Assembly: GCA_049584715.1 (NCBI GenBank)
Contig: JBAUYI010000342.1
Span: forward strand, 2,262-66,261
Direction of reading: 5' to 3'
DNA from: Xanthobacteraceae bacterium
GTDB taxonomy: Bacteria > Pseudomonadota > Alphaproteobacteria > Rhizobiales > Xanthobacteraceae
DNA: 64,000 nt
Under the pieces are notes generated by a model, which saw only the letters and a program-made list of their open reading frames with translations, did no database searches and was not told the DNA's origin. Made by a program: the position numbers and the translations under genes. Positions 43,510 through 52,422 of this stretch are shown piece after piece. Within the stretch, counting starts at the first letter, position 1. Every line of letters starts with the position of its first letter.

Positions 43510-44508
43510 ATGCAAACCTTCATCTACGAGCGGGCGACTAATCCTGCCGATGCCGTTGCGGCGGCTTCGCGCCAAAACAACGCGCACTATCTTGCGGGCG
43601 GCACGACGCTGTTCGATCTGATGAAGCTCGACGTGATGCGGCCGCAGACCGTCGTCGACATCAATGTGCTCGGCGGCACGGCGCATGGTCGCATCGAGCT
43701 TGGCCGCAGCGGCTTGCGGCTTGGCGCGCTGGTGCGCATGGCCGATGCCGCGGACCATCCGCAGATCAGGGAGCAATATCCGGTCATCGCGCAGTCGCTG
43801 CAACTTGCGGCGAGCCAGCAAATCCGCAACATGGCCAGCCTCGGCGGCAATGTGTTGCAACGCACGCGCTGCCCCTATTTCCGCGATGTCGCCTATGCGG
43901 CCTGCAACAAACGCGAGCCGGGCTCGGGCTGTGCCGCCATCGGCGGGTTCAACCGGGCCCAAGCGGTGCTCGGCACCAGCGACGACTGCATCGCGGCCTA
44001 TGCGGGGGACTTCGCCCAGGCTTTGATTGCGCTCGATGCGGCTGTCGAGATCGCCGGTGCCGAAGGAACCCGCACGATCCCGTTCATAGCCCTGCACCGC
44101 AAGCCAGGCGAAACCCCGGACAAGGAGACGGCGTTGCTGCCGGGCGAGTTGATCGTGTCGTTCCTGGTGCCAGCTGCGGCGTGGACGCGCCGGTCTGTCT
44201 ATCTGAAGGTCCGCGACCGCGAATCCTACGAGTTTGCGCTCGCTTCAGCGGCGGTCGCGCTCGATCAGCAAAATGGCACTGTGCGCAATGCGCGTATCGC
44301 GCTCGGCGGCGTGGCCACGGTGCCATGGCGTGCGACCGAAGCGGAGGCGTTGCTTTCCGGCAAGCCGATCAATGAACAGAACGCAAAGATTGCCGCGGAT
44401 GCCGCATTCGCGGCCGCCAAAGGCTACGGCCATAACGATTTCAAGATCGAGCTCGGCAAGCGCACGTTGCGCCGCGCGCTGCAACAGGCAGCGGCGCTGG
44501 AGATATAA
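43510..44508 (+). CDS. PaoB-like FAD-binding medium subunit (CO dehydrogenase flavoprotein fold)
   Basis: Starts MQTFIYERA. LAGGTTLFDLMK and the Cys-rich insert RCPYFRD...ACNKREPGSGCAA. Confidence 0.8.
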   Translation: MQTFIYERATNPADAVAAASRQNNAHYLAGGTTLFDLMKLDVMRPQTVVDINVLGGTAHGRIELGRSGLRLGALVRMADAADHPQIREQYPVIAQSLQLAASQQIRNMASLGGNVLQRTRCPYFRDVAYAACNKREPGSGCAAIGGFNRAQAVLGTSDDCIAAYAGDFAQALIALDAAVEIAGAEGTRTIPFIALHRKPGETPDKETALLPGELIVSFLVPAAAWTRRSVYLKVRDRESYEFALASAAVALDQQNGTVRNARIALGGVATVPWRATEAEALLSGKPINEQNAKIAADAAFAAAKGYGHNDFKIELGKRTLRRALQQAAALEI

Positions 44509-44509
44509 A

Positions 44510-46792
44510 ATGACAAATGCAGCGGCACCCGAGCCGAAAGCCAATATGGGTGCGCCGGCCCCACGCTATGATGCGCGGTTGAAGGTTACCGGCGAGGCCC
44601 GTTTCGCTTCCGATATGGCGGTCGCCAATCCCGCTTACGCGGTCCTGGTCACCAGCGCGATCGCGAAGGGCCAGATCGCGAGCATCGAACTCGATCAAGC
44701 GCGCGCCGTGCCGGGAGTCCTGGACATCCTGACCCAGGACAACACGTCCGAGCTCAAACCGGTCAAGTTTGGCGACGGCTCCGCGACCTCGATCCAGAAG
44801 CTTGGCCCCGAGATTTTTCACAGCGGTCAGATCATCGCTGTGGTGATTGCCGACACGTTCGAGGCCGCGAGTGAAGCTGCCAACAATGTGAAAGTAAATT
44901 ACGACGAACAGGCCCCCGCCGCGACATTCGGCGCGCCGGGACTGCAGGAGGAGGACGCCACCAAAGTATCGCAGCAGCACAAGCATCTGCCGCAAGCCGG
45001 TGACGCGGAAAGTGCGATCGCCGGCGCCGACGTTACCATCGACGTCGAATACGAAACGCCGACCCAGCATCACAATCCGATGGAGCTGTTCACGACAACC
45101 TGCGCGTGGACCGGCGACCGCCTGACCGTGTACGAGCCGAGCCAGTTCGTCTACGGCCTCAAGAACGGCGTCGCGCAGCGGCTCGGCATAGAGCCTGAAA
45201 AAGTCGATGTCATCAGCCCCTACGTGGGCGGCGCGTTCGGCTCAAAAGGCACGATGACGCCCCGCACGGCCATGATCGCTCTGGCTGCGAAAAGGCTGAA
45301 CCGGCCGGTGAAGCTTGTCGCCACCCGCGCCCAGGGTTTTACGGTGTCAACCTACCGCGCCGAAACGCGACACCACATCCGTCTTGGCGCCAGACGCGAC
45401 GGCAAGCTCGTCGGTTATAGCCACGACGGCTGGGAAATCAGCTCGCGGCCCGATCCTTATGTCGTGGCGGGCGTGGAAGACAGCGCGCAGCTCTATGCCT
45501 TCGGCGCGGTCGCGACCAAGGTCAACGTCGTCCACGCCGACCGCGGCACGCCGGGCTTCATGCGTTCGCCGCCGGTGGTGCCTTACATCTATGCGCTGGA
45601 GAGCGCGATGGATGAAATGGCCGTTAAACTGAACATAGACCCGATCGAATTTCGTCGGGTCAACGACACCATGAAAAGCCCGGTCGACGGCAAGCCATAT
45701 TCGAGCCGCTCGTTGATGACGTGCTACGACCAGGCCGCCGCGGCGTTCGGCTGGAAAGAGCGCAATCCCACGCCCGGCTCGATGCGCGACGGCGAATGGC
45801 TGGTCGGTTTCGGCTGTGCCACCGCGCTCTATCCCACCCATATCGGGCCCGCCGCAGCGCGTGTTCGCATGAAACCGAATGGCGAGGTCCGCGTGCAGAT
45901 CGCCGCCCACGAGATCGGCAACGGCGTCTACACGGTGCTTGCCCAGATGGCGGCGGAAAGGCTCGGCGTCGACTTGGCGTCAGTCACGGTGGAGGTCGGC
46001 GATTCCCGCCTGCCGCCGGCGCCGGTCGCGGGCGGCTCCAATACGACGGCAAGCTCCTGCAGCGCGGTGATGAAAACCTGCGATGTCATTCGCGACAAGC
46101 TGTTCCGTGCCGCGGTCACGGCCAATGACGGACCGCTCGCCGGCCGCGACACCGACGGGCTGACGCTCAAAGACGGTCGGATTTCTGCACCCGATGGCGC
46201 CACGGAAAATCTCCCGGATGTGTTCAAGCGTCTCGGCGTCAGCACGATCGAGGAGTATGCGGAGTTCGTACCCAAGGGCCTGAAGCCGGATGCCGTGCAA
46301 GACCTCTACGCCGGCAAGCTCACCATGACCGGCGGTCCGCACGGCGAAAAAGTCATGTACGCAACGGGCGCCGAGTTCGTCGAGGTCCGCGTCCATGCCT
46401 TGACGCGCGAAATCCGTGTGCCGCGCATCGTTGGCGCCTTTGCCGCCGGCCGCCTGATGAACACTCGCACGGTACACAGCCAGCTCATGGGCGGCATGAT
46501 CTGGGGCATCAGTTCGGCGCTGCACGAAGCGACCGAAATCGACACAGCACGGGCGCGCTACGTCAACGACAATCTCGCCGACTATATGGTGCCGGTGAAC
46601 GCCGACGTTCAACAAGTCGAAGTGATTCTGGTGCCGGAAGTCGATCACGACGTGAATCCCGCCGGCGTCAAAGGCCTAGGCGAACTTGCCAACGTCGGCA
46701 CCGCGGCGGCGATCGCTAATGCGGTCTATCACGCCACCGGCACACGCATTCGCAAACTGCCGATCCGTATCGAGAAATTGCTGACCGCTTAG
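44510..46792 (+). CDS. PaoC-like molybdopterin-binding large subunit (xanthine dehydrogenase family)
   Basis: Starts MTNAAAPEP. 760 aa with KVTGEARFASD and GGAFGSK motifs. Confidence 0.85.
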   Translation: MTNAAAPEPKANMGAPAPRYDARLKVTGEARFASDMAVANPAYAVLVTSAIAKGQIASIELDQARAVPGVLDILTQDNTSELKPVKFGDGSATSIQKLGPEIFHSGQIIAVVIADTFEAASEAANNVKVNYDEQAPAATFGAPGLQEEDATKVSQQHKHLPQAGDAESAIAGADVTIDVEYETPTQHHNPMELFTTTCAWTGDRLTVYEPSQFVYGLKNGVAQRLGIEPEKVDVISPYVGGAFGSKGTMTPRTAMIALAAKRLNRPVKLVATRAQGFTVSTYRAETRHHIRLGARRDGKLVGYSHDGWEISSRPDPYVVAGVEDSAQLYAFGAVATKVNVVHADRGTPGFMRSPPVVPYIYALESAMDEMAVKLNIDPIEFRRVNDTMKSPVDGKPYSSRSLMTCYDQAAAAFGWKERNPTPGSMRDGEWLVGFGCATALYPTHIGPAAARVRMKPNGEVRVQIAAHEIGNGVYTVLAQMAAERLGVDLASVTVEVGDSRLPPAPVAGGSNTTASSCSAVMKTCDVIRDKLFRAAVTANDGPLAGRDTDGLTLKDGRISAPDGATENLPDVFKRLGVSTIEEYAEFVPKGLKPDAVQDLYAGKLTMTGGPHGEKVMYATGAEFVEVRVHALTREIRVPRIVGAFAAGRLMNTRTVHSQLMGGMIWGISSALHEATEIDTARARYVNDNLADYMVPVNADVQQVEVILVPEVDHDVNPAGVKGLGELANVGTAAAIANAVYHATGTRIRKLPIRIEKLLTA

Positions 46793-46833
46793 CTTGCGGT
46801 ATTTGCTCGGCGAGAGCCGATGACGTGAGTGTC

Positions 46834-47532
46834 ATGACTGAAATTGTCGCTTGGTAGCCGATTGCGCTGCGTCTTTTCCTGACCCTCGTTGCCGGCGTCC
46901 TCATCGGCTTCAACCGCGGCGAACATGGCGAGCCGGCAGGACTGCGCACGACATTGCTGGTTGGTCTGGCAGCGTCGATAGCGATGCTGCAGGCCAATCT
47001 GCTGTTGGGCACCGCCGGACGGTCGCCGGATTCCTACGTCATCCTGGACCTGATGCGGCTGCCACTGGGCATTTTGACCGGGGTCGGCTTCATCGGCGCG
47101 GGCGCCATATTCCGGCAGAACGATATGCTGCGTGGCGTTACCACGGCGGCGACGCTTTGGTTCGTCACGGTGATCGGGCTTTGCTTCGGCGGCGGGCAGA
47201 TCGGTCTTGGCATCGCCGGCACGGCCATTGGCGTCGGCGTGCTGTGGGGCCTGAAGATCCTCGAACGGCATCTGGAAACAGAGAAAAACGCGTTGTTGGT
47301 GATAATTGCGACCCCCGAGGGACCGGCTGCCGATGTTATTCGGGCCCAGCTGCAAGGCGCAGGCTTTCGGATCGCCAAGTTCAGCGAAGCCCGCGTCAAT
47401 ACCGGAGACCGTCACCACGCCATGCGCTGTAGCCTGCGCTGGCGCGCTCTGCCGCACGACACCGCGGTGCCGAGCATCATTTCCGCAATGGCCAAAGCCG
47501 ACGGTGTCTTGCAGCTACAATGGAAGCCTTGA
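46834..47532 (+). pseudogene. MgtC/SapB-family membrane protein with an in-frame TAG at codon 8 (possible pseudogene or non-canonical start)
   Basis: ATG ACT GAA ATT GTC GCT TGG TAG CCG ATT GCG CTG... reads MTEIVAW*PIALRLFLTLVAGVLIGFNRGEHGEPAGLRTTLLV. The family N-terminus continues straight through the stop. The first canonical start after it (TTG at 46954) would remove TM1. Confidence 0.5.
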
Positions 47533-47567
47533 GGCGCGTCAAGCGCCGGAATGTCCCGGCGCCGCCT

Positions 47568-47732
47568 TCAAATCCTGCCCATCAGGATCAGGATCAATAG
47601 AATGACGATCACCACGCCAAGGCCGCCGCCGCCGTAGTAACCGGTTCCGTAGAACGGGCCACCGCCGAAGCCGCTGAAGCCACCGAGAAGGATGATGATC
47701 AGTATGATGAGAATGATGGTTCCGACCGACAC
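47568..47732 (-). CDS. DUF3309 family small membrane protein (54 aa; not in ORF track)
   Basis: GTG start after GAGGAA. Product is MSVGTIILIILIIILLGGFSGFGGGPFYGTGYYGGGGLGVVIVILLILILMGRI. Confidence 0.75.
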   Translation of the reverse strand: MSVGTIILIILIIILLGGFSGFGGGPFYGTGYYGGGGLGVVIVILLILILMGRI

Positions 47733-47844
47733 GACGTTTCCTCGCTGAATATTTTCCGCCCGATGCCCGCTTGATCGACGTTAACTGGCCAGGTGCATTT
47801 CTGAATAGACCACCGAAGTGTGGTCTCGCCAATTCAATCAACAA

Positions 47845-47869
47845 AACATTTCCTGCGTCGATTCGTTCC
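47845..47869 (-). promoter_or_regulatory. near-consensus EcfG-like motif (GGAAC-N16-TGTT) upstream of DUF3309
   Basis: Top strand is AACA-tttcctgcgtcgattc-GTTCC. Confidence 0.3.
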
Positions 47870-47889
47870 GCAAATATTTCAAGCGAGGC

Positions 47890-47914
47890 GGCACAAATGG
47901 TTCATTCATGCGTT
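47890..47914 (+). promoter_or_regulatory. one-mismatch EcfG-like motif (GGCAC-N16-CGTT) upstream of the secreted PRC-barrel gene
   Basis: The -10 lies 39 nt from the ATG at 47953. It is divergent from the site at 47845. Confidence 0.3.
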
Positions 47915-47952
47915 AGCTTGCATGGTTTAACAACATTCCGGAGGTAAGCCCA

Positions 47953-48366
47953 ATGAAGAGAAGTCTGACCGTATTCGCCGCAGGCGTACTGCTCGTCGGC
48001 AGCGCCGCTTTTGCGGTGTCGGCCGCGAGGGCCGATGTGATGACCAGCGTCCCAAGCAGCAGTCTCACCGTGACCGACTGGTACAAGCAGGACGTCTACG
48101 ATCAATCCAACACCAAGATCGGGCAGATCATGGACGTGCTGGTCGGCCAGGACGGACAAGTGAGCGCGCTGATCGTCGGCGTCGGCGGCTTTCTTGGCGC
48201 CGGCGAAAAGGACGTTGCCGTCAGCTTCAACACCGTGAAGGCAGCGATGAAGGACAACAAGATCTACCTGACGATGAATACCACCAAGGATGCGCTCAAA
48301 TCCGCGCCGGGCTTCAAATACGACCGCGACAAGACGGCGTGGGTGCCGGATAGCAGTTCGAGATAA
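47953..48366 (+). CDS. secreted PRC-barrel domain protein
   Basis: GGAGG before the ATG, a signal peptide ending AARA, and KIGQIMDVLVGQDGQVSALIVGVGGFLGAGEKDVAV. Confidence 0.85.
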   Translation: MKRSLTVFAAGVLLVGSAAFAVSAARADVMTSVPSSSLTVTDWYKQDVYDQSNTKIGQIMDVLVGQDGQVSALIVGVGGFLGAGEKDVAVSFNTVKAAMKDNKIYLTMNTTKDALKSAPGFKYDRDKTAWVPDSSSR

Positions 48367-48402
48367 CGGCGCAAGCGAATCTCTGAGCAAAGGCGTATCC
48401 AG

Positions 48403-48431
48403 GAAAAGCCTCGGCCAAGCCGAGGCTTTTC
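48403..48431. terminator. bidirectional Rho-independent terminator
   Basis: GAAAAGCCTCGGC-caa-GCCGAGGCTTTTC sits between convergent genes, with a U-tract on both strands. Confidence 0.8.
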
Positions 48432-48492
48432 GCTTCATGATGCCGCAGCATCGACAGGGTCGCGGCGAAGTCCGGCACCGGAAGTCCGCATC

Positions 48493-48906
48493 TTAGCCGA
48501 TGTAGGCGACCCGTTGCGGAATTGCGGCGTCGTCGGTCGTCTTTGGCTGCACCGGCAACTGCAGGACCGTGGCCTGCTGCCCCTCGCGCAACGCCGTCAG
48601 CAGCACGACCTGTCCATTCGGAAATTCCAGCGCGTCGTGATGCGCCGCCAATCGGTCCTTGTCGACCTGTCGAAAAATCGCTGTCTTGTGGTTGATCACC
48701 TTGGGACGCCAGGGTAGCAGGCCGGTCCGATCGCACCGAACTTCGTCGGCAAAGGCCAGCTCGGTTCCGGGCAGGACGCAAACGGCAACGTCGGCGTCTT
48801 GCAACGCGCAGAAACCACGCGTGCCAGTGCCGAAATTGCGCGTGATGAGCTTGTCGCCGACACTTGCGGGTTGGGATCGGATGCTGGAAAGACTGTAGTC
48901 GCACAT
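48493..48906 (-). CDS. conserved hypothetical protein (137 aa)
   Basis: ATG-start ORF MCDYSLSSIRS... No motif was recognised. Confidence 0.5.
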   Translation of the reverse strand: MCDYSLSSIRSQPASVGDKLITRNFGTGTRGFCALQDADVAVCVLPGTELAFADEVRCDRTGLLPWRPKVINHKTAIFRQVDKDRLAAHHDALEFPNGQVVLLTALREGQQATVLQLPVQPKTTDDAAIPQRVAYIG

Positions 48907-48954
48907 TGGGGCACTCTCCGGTTTTGCAGCCCCGCAACGTGAACGGGCCGGAGT

Positions 48955-49296
48955 TTATTTTGTTTCACCGTGACGTTGGCTCGTTGCAAACAAATTTGCG
49001 CTCTTAGTGTCGCCGAAACAGTACGCCGACCTTTCCGCAGCGCAGCAGTAACAGGTGAAGCCGCAGAACACGCTTCGGCTTCCCATTGCCCGGACATAGT
49101 GCTGTCCGATCTCTGCACTGCACTGCGCGCAATAGGCCTGGGTCTTAAGATTTGCGTCGTTGACCAGGACGTATCGCGGGACGGATGAATCAGATGAATC
49201 AAATGTGTCGCGATTGGACGCGACAGGAATGTCAGACGATGAGGGAGAACCCGCCGTTGACGCTGAAGGCCAAATAATCAAAGAACCGTCGACCAT
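48955..49296 (-). CDS. Cys-rich hypothetical protein (113 aa from the internal ATG)
   Basis: The ATG at 49296 has GGAG 8 nt upstream. C-terminal YCAQCSAEIG...FCGFTCYCC looks like a zinc ribbon. The stress promoter lies 41 nt upstream. Confidence 0.4.
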   Translation of the reverse strand: MVDGSLIIWPSASTAGSPSSSDIPVASNRDTFDSSDSSVPRYVLVNDANLKTQAYCAQCSAEIGQHYVRAMGSRSVFCGFTCYCCAAERSAYCFGDTKSANLFATSQRHGETK

Positions 49297-49336
49297 GGCA
49301 GGGCTCCCTGAGCCTCCACCCGTACGCACGCGACTC

Positions 49337-49362
49337 AACGCTGGCGATGTTGCACAGGTTCC
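49337..49362 (-). promoter_or_regulatory. EcfG-type promoter (GGAAC-N17-CGTT) for the Cys-rich protein/137-aa ORF pair
   Basis: Top strand is AACG-ctggcgatgttgcacag-GTTCC. Confidence 0.55.
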
Positions 49363-49546
49363 ATGCGCGCAAGGTCGCTGACCACATGGAACGGCTCCCC
49401 TCGAGCGGCTTTGATCTAATTATGGCGCATACGGCCGGCGCCCCGATCAGCACTGGAGGGTTGCCGTGGTTATCGCCCGCGACCGGGGTTTCCAATCGGA
49501 AAACACGGATGACCGACGGGCCGAGCGGCTCAAATCCGCGCCGCCG

Positions 49547-50662
49547 ATGTCCCCCGAACGTGCCGAGCGTCCGCGTGATCCGGCGCCTCCCCGGCATGAC
49601 AGGCAATCGAGCGAAAAGGAGCCGAAAGCCGCCTCTATCCACGACATGATCCGCAGGCACCCCATGGCGACCGCCGCGGTCGTCGTCGCGGTCATTCTGG
49701 TGATGATCGGCGGGATCGCTTGGTGGCTCCATGCTCGGCATTTCGAATCGACCGATGATGCCTTCATCGATGCGCGCATCGCCACAATCTCATCCCAGGT
49801 CAGCGGCACCGTCACCGAGCTCGCGGTCACCGACAACCAGGCGGTCGAGGCCGGTGCGTTGCTCTTGAAGATCGACGACCGCGACTACCGCGCCGCGCTG
49901 GCGCAGGCCGTGGCGCAGGTCGAGCAGGCTGCGGCGAACGTCACCAATCTGGCGGATCAGATCGACGCCCAGAACGCGCGGATCGATCAAGCCAAGAATC
50001 AGGTGATCCAAGCCCAAGCCGCCTTGACCTTTGCCCAGCAAGAGGATGCGCGCGCCCAGGACCTGCTCACCAAGCAGGCTGGCACGCGGCAATCGGCGCA
50101 GCAGACCTCCTCCAATCTTCGGCAGGGCCAATCCTCGCTTGCCGCAGCACAGGCCAACGAGGTCGCCGCCGAGAAGCAAATCGCCGTGTTGCACAGTCAG
50201 CGTGACACGGCCATCGGCCAACTCGACCAAGCGCGCGCGGTCCAGAGCCAGGCGGAAACCAACTTGGCGCGGACCGAGCTCACCGCCCCGGTCGACGGCC
50301 GCGCTACCAAGATTTCCGTCGCCAAGGGCAATTACGCTCAGCCCGGTCAGGCACTGATGATGTTTGTGCCGCGCACATTATGGGTCACCGCGAATTTCAA
50401 GGAAACCCAGCTGACCTATATGCGGCCGGGCCAACCGGTCGATATCAGCATCGACAGCTATCCGGGTCGCACATTCCGCGGCCATGTCGAAAGCCTGCAA
50501 TCCGGCAGCGGCAACGTGTTCAGCCTGCTGCCGGCGGAGAATGCCACCGGCAATTACGTCAAGATCGTGCAGCGCATTCCGGTCAAGATCGTGTTCGACC
50601 AGCCGCCTGACGTCTTCATCGGCCCCGGCATGTCGGTGGTGCCGACGGTGAGAGTGAGGTGA
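49547..50662 (+). CDS. emrA: HlyD/EmrA-family membrane fusion protein
   Basis: TM anchor, then STDDAFIDARIATISSQVSGTV, a long coiled coil and a beta-barrel C-terminus. Start is uncertain (ORF opens at 49466). Confidence 0.8.
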   Translation: MSPERAERPRDPAPPRHDRQSSEKEPKAASIHDMIRRHPMATAAVVVAVILVMIGGIAWWLHARHFESTDDAFIDARIATISSQVSGTVTELAVTDNQAVEAGALLLKIDDRDYRAALAQAVAQVEQAAANVTNLADQIDAQNARIDQAKNQVIQAQAALTFAQQEDARAQDLLTKQAGTRQSAQQTSSNLRQGQSSLAAAQANEVAAEKQIAVLHSQRDTAIGQLDQARAVQSQAETNLARTELTAPVDGRATKISVAKGNYAQPGQALMMFVPRTLWVTANFKETQLTYMRPGQPVDISIDSYPGRTFRGHVESLQSGSGNVFSLLPAENATGNYVKIVQRIPVKIVFDQPPDVFIGPGMSVVPTVRVR

Positions 50663-52248
50663 GCACGGAGCGCAGAGAATTTGACGGCAGCCGCTCGGCA
50701 GCTGGCGACCATAATCCGTGGCTGATCGCCGTCGTGGTCTCGATCGCGACCTTCATGCTGGTGCTCGATACGTCCATCGCCAATGTTGCGTTGCGCTACA
50801 TTGCCGGCAGTCTTGCGGCAGGTGTCGACGAGAGCACGTGGGTCATCACCAGCTATCTGGTCGCCAACGCCGTCGTACTGCCGGTGAGCGGTTGGCTAGC
50901 GCGGGTGGTCGGGCGCAAGCGCTTCTACATGCTTTGCGTTGCGTTGTTCACCGTAGGCTCGTTGCTCTGCGGCTTGGCGACGAATCTCCCGATGCTCATT
51001 GTCTTTCGTGTATTGCAGGGCCTCGGCGGCGGCGGCATGGCGCCGAGCGAGCAATCCATTCTGGCCGACACCTTTCCGCCGGAGAAACGTGCCCAGGCCT
51101 TCGCGCTTTACGGCGTCGCCGTGGTCGTCGCGCCGACAGTCGGACCCGCGCTCGGCGGCTGGATCACCGACAACTGGTCGTGGAATTGGATCTTCTTCAT
51201 CAATGTCCCGGTCGGCATCGCCTCGCTGTTGCTCGTGCAATGGCTCTTGGTCGAGCCCGAAGTGCTCCAGGAGGAGCGCCGGGAGCATCTGCGGGGCGGA
51301 CTGCATATCGATTGGGTCGGCTTTGTCTTGGTCGCACTGTTTCTTGGCTGTCTGGAGGTCGTACTCGACAAGGGTCAGCGCGAAGATTGGTTTGAGTCGA
51401 GCTTCATCATCCTTTTTGCCGTCGTCTCAGCCGTCTCCTTTCTCGTGTTCGTGCCGTGGGAGCTCACGCGCGAGGAACCCATCGTCGACTTGCGGTTGAT
51501 GGGGCATCGCCAGTTTGCGCTGTCCTTCGTGGCGATGATGGCGCTCGGCGCCACGGTCTTCGCCACCATTCAGTTGCTGCCGCAGCTCTTGCAGGAAAAT
51601 TTCAACTACTCGGCTGCGTTATCCGGCCTGGCGCTGATGCCGGGCGGCGTAGTCATGCTCATCCTGATGCCGATCGCCGGCTGGCTCACTGGCATGGTTC
51701 AGCCGAAATACCTGGTTGCTTTGGGCATGCTGCTGACCGCATGCGGTCTCTACTACATGACGTCGTTCTCGCCCGATGCCGATTTCGATTTCTTCGCCTG
51801 GGCGCGGGTCTTTCAAATGCTCGGCGCGCCGTTCCTGTTCATTCCGATCACGACGCTCTCATATGCCGGCTTGCCACCGGAAAAAACCAACGAAGCTGCG
51901 GCTCTGATCAATGTCGCGCGCAACGAAGGAGGCAGCATCGGCGTATCGCTGGTGACCACAATGCTTGCCCAGCGTGAGCAATTTCACCAGTCGCGCCTGG
52001 TCGATAGCGTGACGCCAACGTCGCCGCAGTTACAGGCCATGGTGCACCAGGGTGCGCAGCATTTCACGTCGACAGGCGCGTCGTTGCCCGATGCCCAGCA
52101 CCAGGCGCTCGGACTCATTGGCGAGCTGGTGCAGAACCAATCGCAACTGCTGTCGTATATCGATGTCTATTTCGCCCTGGCCATCATCGCGGCCGTGATG
52201 GTTCCGATTGCGCTAATGCTGCGGCCGATTGAGCGGGAACCGCGCTAG
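50659..52248 (+). CDS. emrB: DHA2 (EmrB/QacA) family MFS efflux transporter, 14 TMS
   Basis: GTGA overlap with emrA. LDTSIANVALRYIAGSL and RVVGRKRFYM motifs. Confidence 0.85.
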   Translation: MSTERREFDGSRSAAGDHNPWLIAVVVSIATFMLVLDTSIANVALRYIAGSLAAGVDESTWVITSYLVANAVVLPVSGWLARVVGRKRFYMLCVALFTVGSLLCGLATNLPMLIVFRVLQGLGGGGMAPSEQSILADTFPPEKRAQAFALYGVAVVVAPTVGPALGGWITDNWSWNWIFFINVPVGIASLLLVQWLLVEPEVLQEERREHLRGGLHIDWVGFVLVALFLGCLEVVLDKGQREDWFESSFIILFAVVSAVSFLVFVPWELTREEPIVDLRLMGHRQFALSFVAMMALGATVFATIQLLPQLLQENFNYSAALSGLALMPGGVVMLILMPIAGWLTGMVQPKYLVALGMLLTACGLYYMTSFSPDADFDFFAWARVFQMLGAPFLFIPITTLSYAGLPPEKTNEAAALINVARNEGGSIGVSLVTTMLAQREQFHQSRLVDSVTPTSPQLQAMVHQGAQHFTSTGASLPDAQHQALGLIGELVQNQSQLLSYIDVYFALAIIAAVMVPIALMLRPIEREPR

Positions 52249-52289
52249 CCGTCATCCATCGCTGCCTACCGGGCTGGAAAACCGATCTT

Positions 52290-52308
52290 GTGGTCCCGCG
52301 GTGGTTCC
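52290..52308 (+). repeat. 19-bp sub-terminal repeat, right copy
   Basis: Identical to 1793..1811, and 69 nt inside the right att repeat. Confidence 0.55.
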
Positions 52309-52376
52309 GCGTTAGCCTGGATCAGCGGCAGTTCTAAGCTCGGATAGAAATATTCTATATATTTCAGATAGCTGCT

Positions 52377-52422
52377 TGGTACAGCTGGGTGGACTCGAAC
52401 CACCGGCCTCTTGATCCACAGT
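52377..52422 (-). repeat. attR-type direct repeat (within intact tRNA-His)
   Basis: 46/46 identical to 1631..1676. Confidence 0.9.

Larger units (their letters stand above)
1631..52422. mobile_element. tRNA-His-associated genomic island (~50.8 kb), integrase at the tRNA-distal end
   Basis: Exact 46-bp direct repeats of the tRNA 3' part, an adjacent P4-type integrase plus AlpA-like gene, and a 19-bp sub-terminal repeat at both ends. Confidence 0.65.

Noticed and set aside
52249-52376. GGTTCCGCGTT near the right island end as a stress promoter
   Set aside because: There is no correctly spaced partner element on either strand. The GGTTCC here is part of the 19-bp sub-terminal repeat shared with the left end.
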